This document shows, in pieces, positions 24,801 through 36,400 of a stretch of 64,000 bases of DNA. Within the stretch, counting starts at the first letter, position 1, and every line of letters starts with the position of its first letter. Below the pieces are notes generated by a model. The model was not told where the DNA came from. It searched no databases and saw nothing but the letters and a program-made list of their open reading frames with translations. Both the position numbers and the translations under genes were made by a program. Location of the stretch: contig NIVC01000286.1 of the NCBI GenBank assembly GCA_002269645.1, positions 62,001-126,000 of the forward strand. The letters are read 5' to 3'. The stretch is from Macrostomum lignano (Eukaryota).

Positions 24801-27800
24801 GTTTTAAATGGTATTATTAGGCCTAGTTCAAAATAATGTTTTCACTACTTTTCAAAGGGTCAATATAGAATGAAATACATAGTAAATAACTTTAAAATGC
24901 TTCTGATAGACTATGTTGCCTTTTTAATAGGGATTATTGAACAAAACTGAATTATAAACCATGGGACAAAATAATGTTGATAAAATATAAATAAAGCCAA
25001 AGTAGTTTCCATTTTTCATATATATTTATATTAGTTGCACCTAAAAATATGTTTAATGTTTATATTTTCTAGGTATTAAAGATCTGATCTAGTCCTTTTT
25101 GTATAATCTATATATTAATATATACAAGTATATTGCATAGAAAAGAATGATTTTTGTCAAAATTTTCATTGCTTTTTGTTTTTTTGCTTTTTTGTGCACA
25201 TCTTAGCAAGCATTCAACTTTTTTACAAGATAAGTTATATTCCTTCCCATTCCTTTAATATTTTTATTATTTGGTTAGAACTATTGCCTCACATAAAATT
25301 ATGCTACATATATTTCAAAATTTAACCTTCTTTACAGTAAGCATGATACATTTGTAAGGCCTTGTTAGACACAAAGGTAGATAAGAAGAATATATTCTCA
25401 GTATTAAATAGTCAAATAGCTTATTTTTAATAAATTATTGAGAAACAAAAAATTGCATTTGGCATATTGTAAATCCTGTAAATGCTTTTATCATGAATTA
25501 ACTTTGGTCTTGACCTTAAAAGGCTGTCTTTTTATTCACTTATGGAATAATTTAGTTATGTACTCCTACTCCCATCCGCTGCTTTAGAAACGCCTAGATG
25601 AGTACCAGAAGCTGAAGTCGAAGGGCGATCAACTCAGTCCGCAACAAGAGGAAGCCCTGGCCACCATGGGCTCTGTAGTTGGCAATCTAGAATTCGCTCG
25701 AGACGTTCTAACTCAAATTAGTTCTAGTCTGACTGAGCAGGAGAAGCTGGTGAAGAAAACTGAGAAACGGCAGCGGTTTGAACGGGAGAAGCGCGAAGTT
25801 GATATGCTGCGCAGCCTGCTCTCCATGCAGTCGCTGCTAGAAGAGATGGGCGGCGAGCAGACCAAGGAGCTGTTCACTGGGGAGTCGCCTGTGACAGGAT
25901 TGGCGCTGAGCAAGGCTCAGGTATGCGTGTTACCGTACATGCGGAACTCCACTCTTTGATTTACACCGGCCGTGTAACCTTTGGGTAAATGGCAGGAGTA
26001 ACTTTTAAGGCTAAATGCCTCGTCATCTAATTAGTACTTATTTGTACTTTTGATTTGCATCCTGGCTTTTAATTTGGTATGCTGAGATTAGAAACCACAT
26101 GCCCAAATTACACTGCGATTCTGGCGTTTAAGTCAACTTCAAGTCTGACCCCCTCCCTGAGCACAGATGCCTACGCTGACTTTCTCATTCTTAGGGGGGG
26201 GGGGGTTGGCCCTCGAGCGCTAATGGCTGTGTAAGTGGAACTGAAATTTCAACAGCTTATACAAATTAGTAATTAGAATAAACCAATTCGTTTTACAAAC
26301 AGTTGGACTCAATCGACGAAGTCTATCAAGCGATCACGCCGCGTAGAGAGCAGGAAAATGAGGCAGGCGCCGATGCCAGCTGGAGCGCACGGTTGCAGGC
26401 CTGCGCTGAGAATTGCGCCAGCCTGCTGGAGGCCAAGGACCGGCCGCTCTGTCCGGGTGTCAGCTATAAGGAGGCCCGCGAACTGCTGGACAAGTGAGTG
26501 ATTTGTTAATTGTTCAAATTGCACGTTTGCCCACATCAGTAGGTCATTTTAACTATCGGTGGAGTAGTTAAGCTACTCTCTCCAGACACGGATAGACAAG
26601 TCAAGCTACCCTCTCCAGACAGGGATAGACAAGTCAAGCTACCCGGAAGTTCAGTGGACAAGTTAAGACCCTCCTCGGACAGTTCGGTGGACAAGTTAAG
26701 CTACCCTCCCCGGACAGTTCGGTGGACAAGTTAAACTACCATCCCCGGACAGTTCGGTGGACAAGTTAAACTACCTTCCCCGGACAGTTCGGTGGACAAG
26801 TTAAACTACCCTCCCCTGTCCACCCCGCGCCCGCAGGCTGGCAGCTCTGCCTTATTTCACTGCCAACGCTGTCCCGAAAGTTGGCTTCGACAGCGCCGAC
26901 TCTGCAGGTATCGAGGACGGCCTCCTTCAGCCGGAGGAGGAACAACAGGCTCCGGTTGATTCGGCCGAAGCTGCTCCTCAGGCTGAAGAATCCGTCATTG
27001 CGCCGCCGGAGGCTCAACAGTTGGCGGCGCCGCCACCCCCGCCTCCGGTCACCGACAATGGCCATCTGGAACATCGCCTGCCCATGATGCTGCAGCAGCC
27101 ATCAACTGTCAGCGCTGTGGCTGAAGCTGCTGCAGCCTACACTCAGCCTGCAGCCGTTGCTCCAGTTGATTCTGCGCCAGCCCCCGAATCGTTAAACAGT
27201 CTACGCCAGATGGTGAAAGGCCAGTTCGAGTTTATTCAAGACTCCGAGCTGTCGGCGCATGGCGGCTCTGCGCCCCCGGTCGCTTCTGTGGAGTTCTCCG
27301 CTGCCTCCAATGAACAGGGCGGCAGCGGCGCTTGGGCGGACGACCTGCCTGACAGTGAACAGGTAAATGGTTTAAGGGGGCAGCTAATCCCTTCCCAGAT
27401 ATTCAGGGGGCAGCTAATCCTTTCCCAGATATTCAGGGGGCAGCTAATCCCTTCCCAGATATTCAGGGGGCAGTTAATCCCTTCCCATATATTCAGGGGA
27501 TTTGCTAATCCCTTTCCAGATATTCAGGGGGTTGCTAATCCCTTCCCAGATATTCAGGGGGCAGCTAATCCCTTCCCAGATATTCAGGGGGCAGTTAATC
27601 CCTTCCCATATATTCAGGGGATTTGCTAATCCCTTTCCAGATATTCAGGGGGTTGCTAATCCCTTCCCAGATATTCAGGGGGCAGCTAATCCCTTCCCAG
27701 ATATTCAGGGGGCAGCTAATCCCTTCCCATATATTCAGGGGATTTGCTAATCCCTTTCCAGATATTCAGGGGGTTGCTAATCCCTTCCCAGATATTCAGG

Positions 27801-28539
27801 GGGCAGTTAATCCCTTCCCATATATTCAGGGGGCAGCTAATCCCTTCCCAGATATTCAGGGGCAGCTAATCATATTTTATCTTGGTAATCCATTTAAAAA
27901 CAGGTCATTTTCCCATCACCCTAAATTTATTTTTCACAGCCTGTCCAGTCCTGGGCTGACTCATCATGGAGCGGCTCTGTGCAGCAGCAGCAGCCTCCTT
28001 CGGCTGCTCCTGGCTCCGAAGACGTATTCGCTTCGGCCACTCAGTCGGAGTTTCTGCGTGCCGATCAGCAGCAGCAGATGATGCAGCAGCATCCTCAGCA
28101 GTTCATGCACGGTCAGCAGCAGCCGCAGCAGGCCGGCTTCGAGAATGGATCTGGCGGCTACGGTGGCAGAGGGCGCGGACGCGGAGGTCCCGGAGGCGGC
28201 GGCGGTGGCCGCGGAGGTCCTGGAGGCGGCGGCGGGTATCGCGGAGGTGGAGGCCGAGATGGAGGAGGCGGCGGCTACCGTGGCAGCGGCGGTGGAGGCA
28301 ATCGCGGTTATCGCGGCGGTGGCGGCGGCGAGTTTCGCGGCGGCGGTGGTGGCGGAGGCTTCAACGACTACCGCGGCAGTCGCGGAGGCGGCGGCGGTAG
28401 CGGATTCGGGGGCGGATATGGCGGCGGAAACCGCGGCGGAGGCGGAGGTCGCGGCGGCGGCGGCGGCGGGTTCAATCGGCCGCAGCAGCAGCAGCGTGGC
28501 GGTGGAGTCTACAACCGCGGAGGCGGACCTCAGCACTGA
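21684..28539 (+). CDS. CAPRIN1: Caprin-1 (stress-granule RNA-binding protein), 5 exons, 588 aa
   Basis: Exons 21684-21800, 25588-25920, 26303-26493, 26837-27362, 27940-28539 in phase. MPS...EKKIRNLEKKKKRLDEYQ matches the HR1 DKKLRNLEKKKGKLDDYQ; also NLEFARD, LLEAKDRPLC-GVSYK, GQFEFIQDSEL (caprin FIQDS motif) and an RGG-rich C-terminus. Confidence 0.95.
22444..22841. mobile_element. hAT-like MITE nested in the larger element
   Basis: TIR TAGAGGTTGGACGGGAT versus atcccgtccgacctcta; 8-bp TSD atatacac/gtatacac. Confidence 0.8.
22854..23326. mobile_element. MITE with 8-bp TSD (hAT- or P-like)
   Basis: TIR ccatagttaggaaggtggc versus gccaccttcctgactatag; TSD acaccata/acaccaca. Confidence 0.72.
25588..25920 (+). 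CDS. CAPRIN1: Caprin-1 exon 2
   Basis: tttag acceptor; KRLDEYQ...NLEFARD; donor gtatgc. Confidence 0.93.
25983..26037 (+). other. Degenerate 28S rRNA helix 69-71 fragment (copy A)
   Basis: gggtaaatggcaggagtaact...aaatgcctcgtcatctaattagt matches the conserved eukaryotic LSU GGGTAAACGGCGGGAGTAACTATGACTCTCTTAAGGTAGCCAAATGCCTCGTCATCTAATTAGT with a central deletion. Confidence 0.8.
26303..26493 (+). CDS. CAPRIN1: Caprin-1 exon 3
   Basis: acag acceptor; LDSIDEVY...GVSYKEARELLD; donor gtgagt. Confidence 0.92.
26590..26815. repeat. About 35 bp minisatellite (acaagttaaactaccttccccggacagttcggtgg)
   Basis: About 6 tandem units. Confidence 0.88.
26837..27362 (+). CDS. CAPRIN1: Caprin-1 exon 4
   Basis: cgcag acceptor; KLAALPYF...GQFEFIQDSEL; donor gtaaat. 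Confidence 0.9.
27375..27870. repeat. 30 bp minisatellite (cagctaatcccttcccagatattcaggggg)
   Basis: Tandem units, 10-aa period. Confidence 0.95.
27940..28539 (+). CDS. CAPRIN1: Caprin-1 exon 5 (Q-rich and RGG-rich tail)
   Basis: ttttcacag acceptor in phase 0; open to TGA at 28537-28539. Confidence 0.9.
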   Translation, partial: PVQSWADSSWSGSVQQQQPPSAAPGSEDVFASATQSEFLRADQQQQMMQQHPQQFMHGQQQPQQAGFENGSGGYGGRGRGRGGPGGGGGGRGGPGGGGGYRGGGGRDGGGGGYRGSGGGGNRGYRGGGGGEFRGGGGGGGFNDYRGSRGGGGGSGFGGGYGGGNRGGGGGRGGGGGGFNRPQQQQRGGGVYNRGGGPQH

Positions 28540-29570
28540 AGCGACAGACACTGCGCGCGCAAAGCTGCCTTTTTTGTAGTTAAAAAGGGCCCGCTAGTTA
28601 AAGTTAAATGATAAAAATAATTTTGAATCCTCAGCAGGAACGAGCGCAATGAAAGAACCTCCCCATTAAGTGTGCAAGTTTTCTGTCGTCTGTGTTGAAA
28701 CAGCAAGCAAAAAAATTATTAAATGTGTATTTATTATAAAGCTGTCAGTTGGTTTGTCGGCTCCCACCACCGAACTGTCTGTCTGCGTTTTGATGCCTTC
28801 TTTTTGAGAGTCCGCGAGTGTTTTATTATTATTATTAAGCAGGTAAACTAAGATTAATAGAAGTTGGAGTTTAGAGGAGTGGCTAAACAGAATGTCCGCT
28901 TAAAGTACGTATGATGCCATATACATTCAGCCCAGTATGTGCATTGCTGTGCCTTTCTTGATTCTGTTTTAAATCCGAGCAGTTGAAGGGTAGAAGCCTA
29001 ATTATTATTAATTCAATAATTTCTATAATTTTATATTCTTGTCCGTGTTTTAATAAGTTTTTTATGCTGCTTTTTCCAATAGTTGTTAGGTTAAACCTAC
29101 TGACTACTTATTAATAGTAGTGTATAAATAACATAGCTAACTAATGGTTTGGGGTATTTACTATCGCTATATACTACTAGCATCAGTTCTATTGGTTTCT
29201 GTTGTAAAAATACGTACGGCTGCATTTTGTTACGTCATCAAATTTTCTACTCCCCCGTCTGTCCCGCCACACTTCGCCCTCTCTCTATGTCTCTATTTTC
29301 CATCCTGTGCTACTTATAGTAATCAGTGTATTGACGCGGGTTAAATAGCAAGTCTCTATTAAAAAAACAGAAGTCGTAGGTTTTGGAATAGCAAATATAT
29401 TTATTGGGGAAATATAATTAATTGTCAACTCGAATAGAGAGAAGGCTTGAAATGCAAGACAGTTCGGCTATTAATGTGTGTGAAAACAGCATCTCTTATC
29501 AATTGCAATACGGATAGTTGCGACTCTGCCTTTCTTATGTGCAGTGCATTGGTGCTACAGCAGTGACAGT

Positions 29571-29774
29571 TTATCTGCCTGGGGCATTGTTGTTGCTGCT
29601 TCTAGAGTTGGACTCTTGCTGGTCTGCAGCAGCAACGCCTGCTGCTCTCGCCTGTCGCCAGGGTCTTGTCTTGCAAGCGCTGCAGCCGAGAGCAAGGCCC
29701 GACAGTAAGCCGATGAAAGCCAGCAAAGACAGAGCGATGACCAAGGCCAGGTTTTCTCCAGATATTGTCATCAT
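29571..29774 (-). CDS. Candidate 67-aa single-pass membrane microprotein with a juxtamembrane CxxC
   Basis: accATG context with an in-frame stop upstream; about 22-aa hydrophobic helix, then CSAC and KTRPWRQAR; acceptor ccgcacag at 29811 and a candidate 5'-UTR donor GTAAGT at 31844. Confidence 0.5.
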   Translation of the reverse strand: MMTISGENLALVIALSLLAFIGLLSGLALGCSACKTRPWRQARAAGVAAADQQESNSRSSNNNAPGR

Positions 29775-29949
29775 GGTCTGTCAGCTTTGCAGCAGTTTGT
29801 CTTCTCAAATCTGTGCGGATTTTATAAACGGTATAGAAACGGGTAGAGGATGGATTATAATAATTGACTACACCGGAACCAATAATGCCAGATGTGCAAC
29901 CGACAGCTCAGTCGCAGCTATTGTCATTCTTTACTTCGCAGATATTCGA

Positions 29950-30079
29950 GAACTGAAGCAATGCAGAGAATTAAGTGTCTTGCTCAAGGACATAAATTGT
30001 TCCGTGTGGAATCGGGAATCGAACCCCCGACCTTTAAGTCCTGAGTCCGGCGCTCTAAACCAACTAGGCTACAGCGCCC
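29950..30079 (-). mobile_element. tRNA-derived SINE with a CORE-like domain
   Basis: Minus strand has an A box (TAGCCTAGTTGG) and a B box (GGTTCGATTCC), followed by tgtccttgagcaagacacttaattctctg, which resembles the MIR/CORE tgaccttgggcaagtcacttaacctctctg; tRNA stems do not pair. Confidence 0.75.
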
Positions 30080-30513
30080 TTTTTAAAAACGGTAAATATA
30101 CCGGTAAAGTACAAAATTCTAGCTAAAACTCAATTGAATAAGATAAAGATTTCGCTAGAATACGCAATGTGTGCTGATAATAATAATGGGGAGCTACCAT
30201 GCCTGCTGCTAGTTGCTAAGGCGGACGCCAGGAAGTTGACTGCGCTGCACAATGGCCGCGGCCGCTTGTCAATACGCTTCTCTCAATAAGCTGCAAAGTT
30301 CCATGGGTTCAAGCCTAGCGAGTTGAATGAACACTATTGAATAGACTGCAAAGGTAGAGGAGTCCTACCCCGCGCCAGTCTGCATAGATGTAATAAAAAT
30401 ATTCTTTTAGCCTTTGTAAATTGTAATATAAAAGCACGTGATGCAACAATGGCTTTAACAATCTTTCTTGATTGCTACATGAACGTGTGGGATTTAGCTT
30501 GCATTTTAATATA

Positions 30514-31482
30514 CTTCGAGTGTGTCATAAGTAATGTCACTGATGTGAAAACAGACGAACTTGCAATCGCAGATGAACAAAACTGTACCACTTAACAACA
30601 TAGAGTCCCCCAATATCAATCACCCTCTGGCAGTGCTCATACAGCTTGTCCACCTCAGCCTGCAGGTGTTTTTCCTCCAACTGCCATAACCAGTGCAACG
30701 CAGCCTGTTTGACCTCTTCATGGTTTGCGAAACTCCTCTTGGAAAAGTCAGCCTTCAGTCATTTGAACAGGAATCTCTTGCAAAAGTTGAAGTCTGGGCT
30801 GTAGGGACTGTCAGAGCATATTCACTTGCCGTGCAGGCGGAAAATTCGAAACAGCCTTCAGGTGTGCAGCCGTGCGGTGTCCATCTGCCACAGAACCTCG
30901 TCCAGGTGACATGGATTTGACCGGAGATTGCACCAGAGGTCCCCAGTGTGCCGGAAAAAGTCGATAAAGTACTGGCCATCGACCTTGGTGTTCGGTGGAG
31001 TTGTGCAGATGGAGACCCGTTTGTTTGGCGTGAAGGCTACCAGCAGCATGGTCTTCTTGTCCGAGATGGACTTCCTAGTCACCATCGGCCTGAAGTCCCC
31101 AGCTCCCAGCCAGCAGCAATTGTCTGCCTTGCTGCCCTTGCCATCCAGGTGGAGCCAGCTTTCATCCTCAGCAACCAGGCAGTTTAGGATGTCATTCAAG
31201 CCACGGCTGCTAAACACCTTGCGGATCTGCTTGGTGCAGGCGTCTTGTCAAGATTCATGATGATTTTTGTTTGCTGCATAGATGATTTTTCATTGCGTTG
31301 CACTTGCTAAATCTGCTTGGTGTATTCTTGCGATAGCTTGGGCCATAAACAACCTATGCACGTCTCAAATGCACTGCTATTGCTTCACTAAGTATACTTT
31401 GCAGCTACACTACCCACAAGTCCATGTGCCTACATATTTTAGACAGAGGCCTGCAGTGACATTACTTATGACACACCCGAAG
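30514..31482 (-). mobile_element. Internally deleted mariner (Tc1/mariner) transposon, 969 bp
   Basis: 29-bp TIRs CTTCG(A/G)GTGTGTCATAAGTAATGTCACTG at 30514-30542 and 31454-31482 (1 mismatch); TA on both flanks; transposase remnants inside. Confidence 0.92.
30616..31250 (-). pseudogene. Mariner transposase pseudogene (catalytic domain only)
   Basis: LVAEDESW, KKTML, DGQYF, WQMDTARLHT and PYSPDFN motifs with in-frame stops; no N-terminal HTH region. Confidence 0.88.
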
Positions 31483-32539
31483 TACAGGTCGGTATACATC
31501 GTATGGGATGATGATGATAATGCGAATTCTGTTGTGTACGAGCTAGAGCGTGTATGGGATTGCGTGCCAGCGTGCAGTGTACTGGTGCGCTTGTACATGA
31601 ATGTGCTCAGAGTCAGCGGAATGGGCGGAATTAATTGCCTCGGCGCTGGTTGGGGACGATGCCGCCGAAGGCGTTGCACCAGGCTACTTGCATGTAATTA
31701 AGGTACATGTACATCAGATGTTCATTGTGTAAATTAATGCTCTTTGGCTGCGAATACCGAAGATTAGATGCTAAAATTATTCTAATATTAAAGGCGGCAT
31801 TGCATTTGGCTGGATATGCTTAAACATAACAAATCTATACTTACCAGTCCGGTAATCGGCTCAGTTGCAAGGAGTGCTGCTCAAAGGGGCAGAGAAGTCA
31901 TGAGTAGGGAATGAGCTGAGTAGCTTCGTTTTAAAGTCCCCACCCTACCTTCCCCAGGTCAGCGAGATGCCGCTATTGGACAGACCCAAAATAGCAACTC
32001 AGATTCAACATTTAGTGCCCAAGAAGATTTAATCATAAACTAAAGCAGCTATATTACTAATAGTAATCAAACGAAAAAAAAACAATTTTATTAATATATT
32101 TACTTTCAAAACATTGAAATATTACGGAGAAAATAAATTGAAACGAATCAATCAATTTTATAGTGTGCTTGGGGAAGTATTGTTTGTTTTAATTGATTAG
32201 CAAACACCGGATAAAATTATAACTAGGCGGTACTGGAAAAATACGAACCATTTTATGGCTCAGCTTCGAATAGCTAAATTTAATCATAATTATGAAGCTA
32301 TAAGGTTCGCAGTAAGAAATCGAATATAAAAACACTAAGCAAAAACATTAAATTTATTGGTTTATATTTCTGCGCAACTACGAATTATATTGCAAAACTG
32401 GTTTTTAAATGAAAAATGAACTGACGTTATGCGAAAACTTCGATCAGATTTACAAAAAAATTAATTCGAAACAATTTAAAATTATGGTTTCAGTTTGGGG
32501 CGCTGAATGGTCTGTGAATCTGCTCTAACTAACTTTACT

Positions 32540-33142
32540 GGATAGAATCTGAATCTACCTGACCTGAATCTACCTGACCTGAATCTACCTGATAGAATCT
32601 GAATCTACCTGACCTGAATCTACCTGACCTGAATCTACCTGATAGAATCTGAATCTACCTGACCTGAATCTACCTGACCTGAATCTACCTGATAGAATCT
32701 GAATCTACCTGACCTGAATCTACCTGATAGAATCTGAATCTACCTGACCTGAATCTACCTGACCTGAATCTACCTGATAAAATCTGAATCTACCTGACCT
32801 GAATCTACCTGACCTGAATCTACCTGATAGAATCTGAATCTACCTGACCTGAATCTACCTGACCTGAATCTACCTGATAGAATCTGAATCTACCTGACCT
32901 GAATCTACCTGATAGAATCTGAATCTACCTGACCTGAATCTACCTGATCTGAATCTACCTGACCTGAATCTACCTGACCTGAATCTACCTGATCTGAATC
33001 TACCTGACCTGAATCTACCTGATAGAATCTGAATCTACCTGACCTGAATCTACCTGACCTGAATCTACCTGACCTGAATCTACCTGATAGAATCTGAATC
33101 TACCTGACCTGAATCTACCTGATGAAATCTGAATCTACCTGC
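32540..33142. repeat. 15/20 bp compound minisatellite (tgaatctacctgacc / gatagaatct)
   Basis: Tandem units starting about 50 bp beyond the MTHFD1 stop. Confidence 0.95.
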
Positions 33143-33194
33143 CAAAAACCTGGCCCTAGTGACGCTTCGTCACTTCAACAGTGAGTCAGTAAAA

Positions 33195-33427
33195 TTACAT
33201 CAGCCCGAGCACCTCTCCAGTTTCGCAGTCCAGATCCACATCGTAGAAGCATGGCCTGGTTGGCAGTCCCGGCATCAGGGAGATCGAACCAAGGACGGCG
33301 AAAACGAAACCGGCACCGGCCGAGAGGCGCAGGTCGCTGACGCAGACGGTGAAGCCGGTTGGCCTGCCAGCTAGGCTGGGGTTGTCGCTGAGGCTGAAGT
33401 TGGTCTTGGCCATGCACACCGGCAGGT
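33195..33427 (-). CDS. MTHFD1: MTHFD1 exon 11
   Basis: NLPVCMAKT...[12 protein letters not shown]...GLM*. Confidence 0.95.
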
Positions 33428-36400
33428 CTGGGGTGACGCGTTTTCATGTGCGAGCGTTTGCGATTAGGTGTGCTAGTGGGGTCCACAGCTTATACCCAAA
33501 CTGCTGATCTAATTATTAGGTCTCTATACCTGAGGATCTCATCTAACTTAGATTCCTACCTGAGGATCTAATCCAATTTAGATTCCTACCTGAGGATCTA
33601 ATCCAATTTAGATTCCTACCTGAGAATCTAATCCAATTTAGATCCCTACCTGAGGATCTAATCCAATTTAGATTCCTACCTGAGGATCTAATCCAATTTA
33701 GATCCCTACCTGAGGATCTAATCCAACTTAGATTCTTACCTGAGGATCTAATCCAATTTAGATTCCTACCTGAGGATCTAATCCAATTTAGATCCCTACC
33801 TGAGAATCTAATCCAATTTAGATTCCTACCTGAGAATCTAATCCAATTTAGATTCCTACCTGAGAATCTAATCCAATTTAGATTCCTACCTGAGGATCTA
33901 ATCCAATTTAGATCCCTCTCGATCTAATCCAATTTAGATTCCTACCTGAGAATCTAATCCAATTTAGATTCCTACCTGAGGATCTAATCCAATTTAGATT
34001 CCTACCTGAGGATCTAATCCAAATTAGATTCCTACCTGAGGATCTAATCCAAATTAGATTCCTACCTGAGGATCTAATCCAAATTAGATTCCTACCTGAG
34101 GATCTAATCCAATTTAGGACCCCACCTGAGGATCTAATCTAATTTAGGACCCCACCTGAGGATCTAATCTAATTTAGGACCCCACCTGAGGATCTAATCT
34201 AATTTAGGTTCCCACCTGAGGATCTAATCCAACTTAGATTCCTACCTGAGGATCTAATCCAATTTAGATCCCACCTGAGGATCTAATCTTATTTAGGACC
34301 CCACCTGAGGATCTAATCTAATTAAGATCCCTACCTGAGGATCTAATCCAATTTAGATCCCTACCTGAGAATCTAATCCAACTTAGATCCTTACCTGAGG
34401 CTCTAATCCAATTTAGATTCCTACCTGAGAATCTAATCCAATTGAGATTCCTACCTGAGAATCTAATCCAATTGAGATTCCTACCTGAGGATCTAATCCA
34501 ACTTAGATTCCTACCTGAGGATCTAATCCAACTTAGATTCCTACCTGAGGATCTAATCCAACTTAGATTCCTACCTGAGGATCTAATCCAATTTAGATCC
34601 CTACCTGAGAATCTAATCCAATTTATGACCCCACCTAAGGATCTAATCCAATTTAGGACCCCACCTGAGGATCTTATCGAATTTAGGACCCCACCTGAGG
34701 ATCTAATCCAATTTAGGACCCCACCTGAGGATCTTATCTAATTTAGGACCCCACCTGAGGATCTACGAGCGTAATCTAATTTAGGTTCCCACCTGAGGAT
34801 CTTATCCAATTTAGGACCCCACCTGAGGATCTAATCTAATTTAGGTTCCTACCTGAGGCCTGAGGATGATCTAATCTAATTAAAGAGCCCAACTAATCTG
34901 AAAACCGAGAATCTGACGTATATTTTATCACTCTACAACCATTCCAGTTCTAAATCACTCAGCACAAACGAGAGATCGGTACTCACTGGCATAGCCCAGC
35001 TCAGTCAGGCGATCCAATTGCTGCCTAGCTGAATCTGTCAGCTGTACACCATCCGCACCGTACACCCGCTTAGCGATGGCGGTCATTTTAGCTTCCAGAC
35101 CATCGTCAAGCGAGTACAGGTAGCCCAGCTGGCTACCGCCTGGCAGAGCCATCAGCGCTCTGGCTAGAGCGTCAGCTCCGCGACCGCCTTCGGCCCAGTG
35201 ATTGCAGATCACCGCGTCAGCGGCTCCGCAAGCTTTGGCGGCGTTGACAACCGCTTCCAGCTCGGCTGGGGTGTCAGTGCCGAACTTGTTGACGGCTACC
35301 ACTACTGGCAGGTTGAAGGATCTGTGAAGGTGGTGAGCGTCAGCTGCAGTTTGTCTTTGCCACCCTCCAGTAGAATCCCGCTACCCTCCAGTTGCTACCG
35401 CTACCCTCCAGTTGCTTCCACTACCCTCCAGTTGCTTCCACTACCCTCCAGTTGGTTCCGGTACCCTCCAGTTGGTTCTGCTACCCTCCAGTTGCTTCCA
35501 CTACCCTCCAGTTGCTTCCACTACCCTCCAGTTGCTTCCACTACCCTCCAGTTGCTTCCACTACCCTCCAGTTGGTTCTGCTATCCTCCAGTTGGTTCCG
35601 CTACCCTCCAGTTGGTCCTGCTACCCTCCAATGAGACACGCAACCCTCCAATGAGACCAGCAACCCTCCAATGAGACACACAACCCTCCAATGAGACACA
35701 CAACCCTCCAATGAGACACACAACCCTCCAATGAGACACACAACCCTCCAATGAGACACACAACCCTCCAATGAGACCCGCTATCCTCCAATGAGACACA
35801 CAACCCTCCAATGAGACACACAACCCTCCAATGAGACACACAACCCTCCAATGAGACCCGCTATCCTCCAATGAGAGCTAACCTAACAATAGCCACGTGC
35901 TGAGCCAGATTCTCGCAGCCCTTCACGACCAGGTCCACCGATTCGCGCCGATATTCGTCGGGCAGGGGAGCGCCGCCGCCAAGAATCTTTGGCCCGCCGC
36001 CGTGATATTTCAAGGCCCGAACTGTGGCCACCAGAACGACGCTGTGCGGTTGAAGCCCCGAACTGCGGCACTTGATGTGCATTCCCTTCTCAAAGCCCAT
36101 ATCGGAGCCGAAACCGGATTCCGTCACGGCAAAACCAGAAGGGCCAACCAATTTCATAGCGACCTGGTCGGCTACAACGCTGGAATTACCGTGCGCTATG
36201 TTGGCAAACGGGCCGCAATGGACAAGGCAGGGCCCGCCAGCCAGTGTCTGCATCAGATTCGGCTTCAAGCAGTCTTTAAGCAGGACGCACAGAGCACCTG
36301 TGACTCCCAGATCGTCGGCTGTGAGAGCCGCGCCAGATTTTGACAGGCCAAATACCATGCGGCCTAGGCGCTGCTTGAGATCGGCTAGGCTAGTGCTCAG

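Noticed and set aside
27964-28579. Ala-rich and Arg-rich overlapping ORFs
   Set aside because: Antisense and alternate-frame shadows of the GGC-rich Caprin-1 RGG exon
30003-30079. Possible tRNA gene
   Set aside because: A and B boxes are present, but the acceptor and anticodon stems do not pair and a CORE-like segment follows; treated as a SINE head
30190-30400. Second SINE-like patch (gggttcaagcct, short hairpin, A-rich end)
   Set aside because: Only a B-box-like motif; no clear A box or boundaries
31490-31710. GC-rich patch with short open frames on both strands (e.g. MCSESAEWAELIASALVGDD...)
   Set aside because: No recognisable homology and no consistent splice partners; could be a UTR exon or a TE relic
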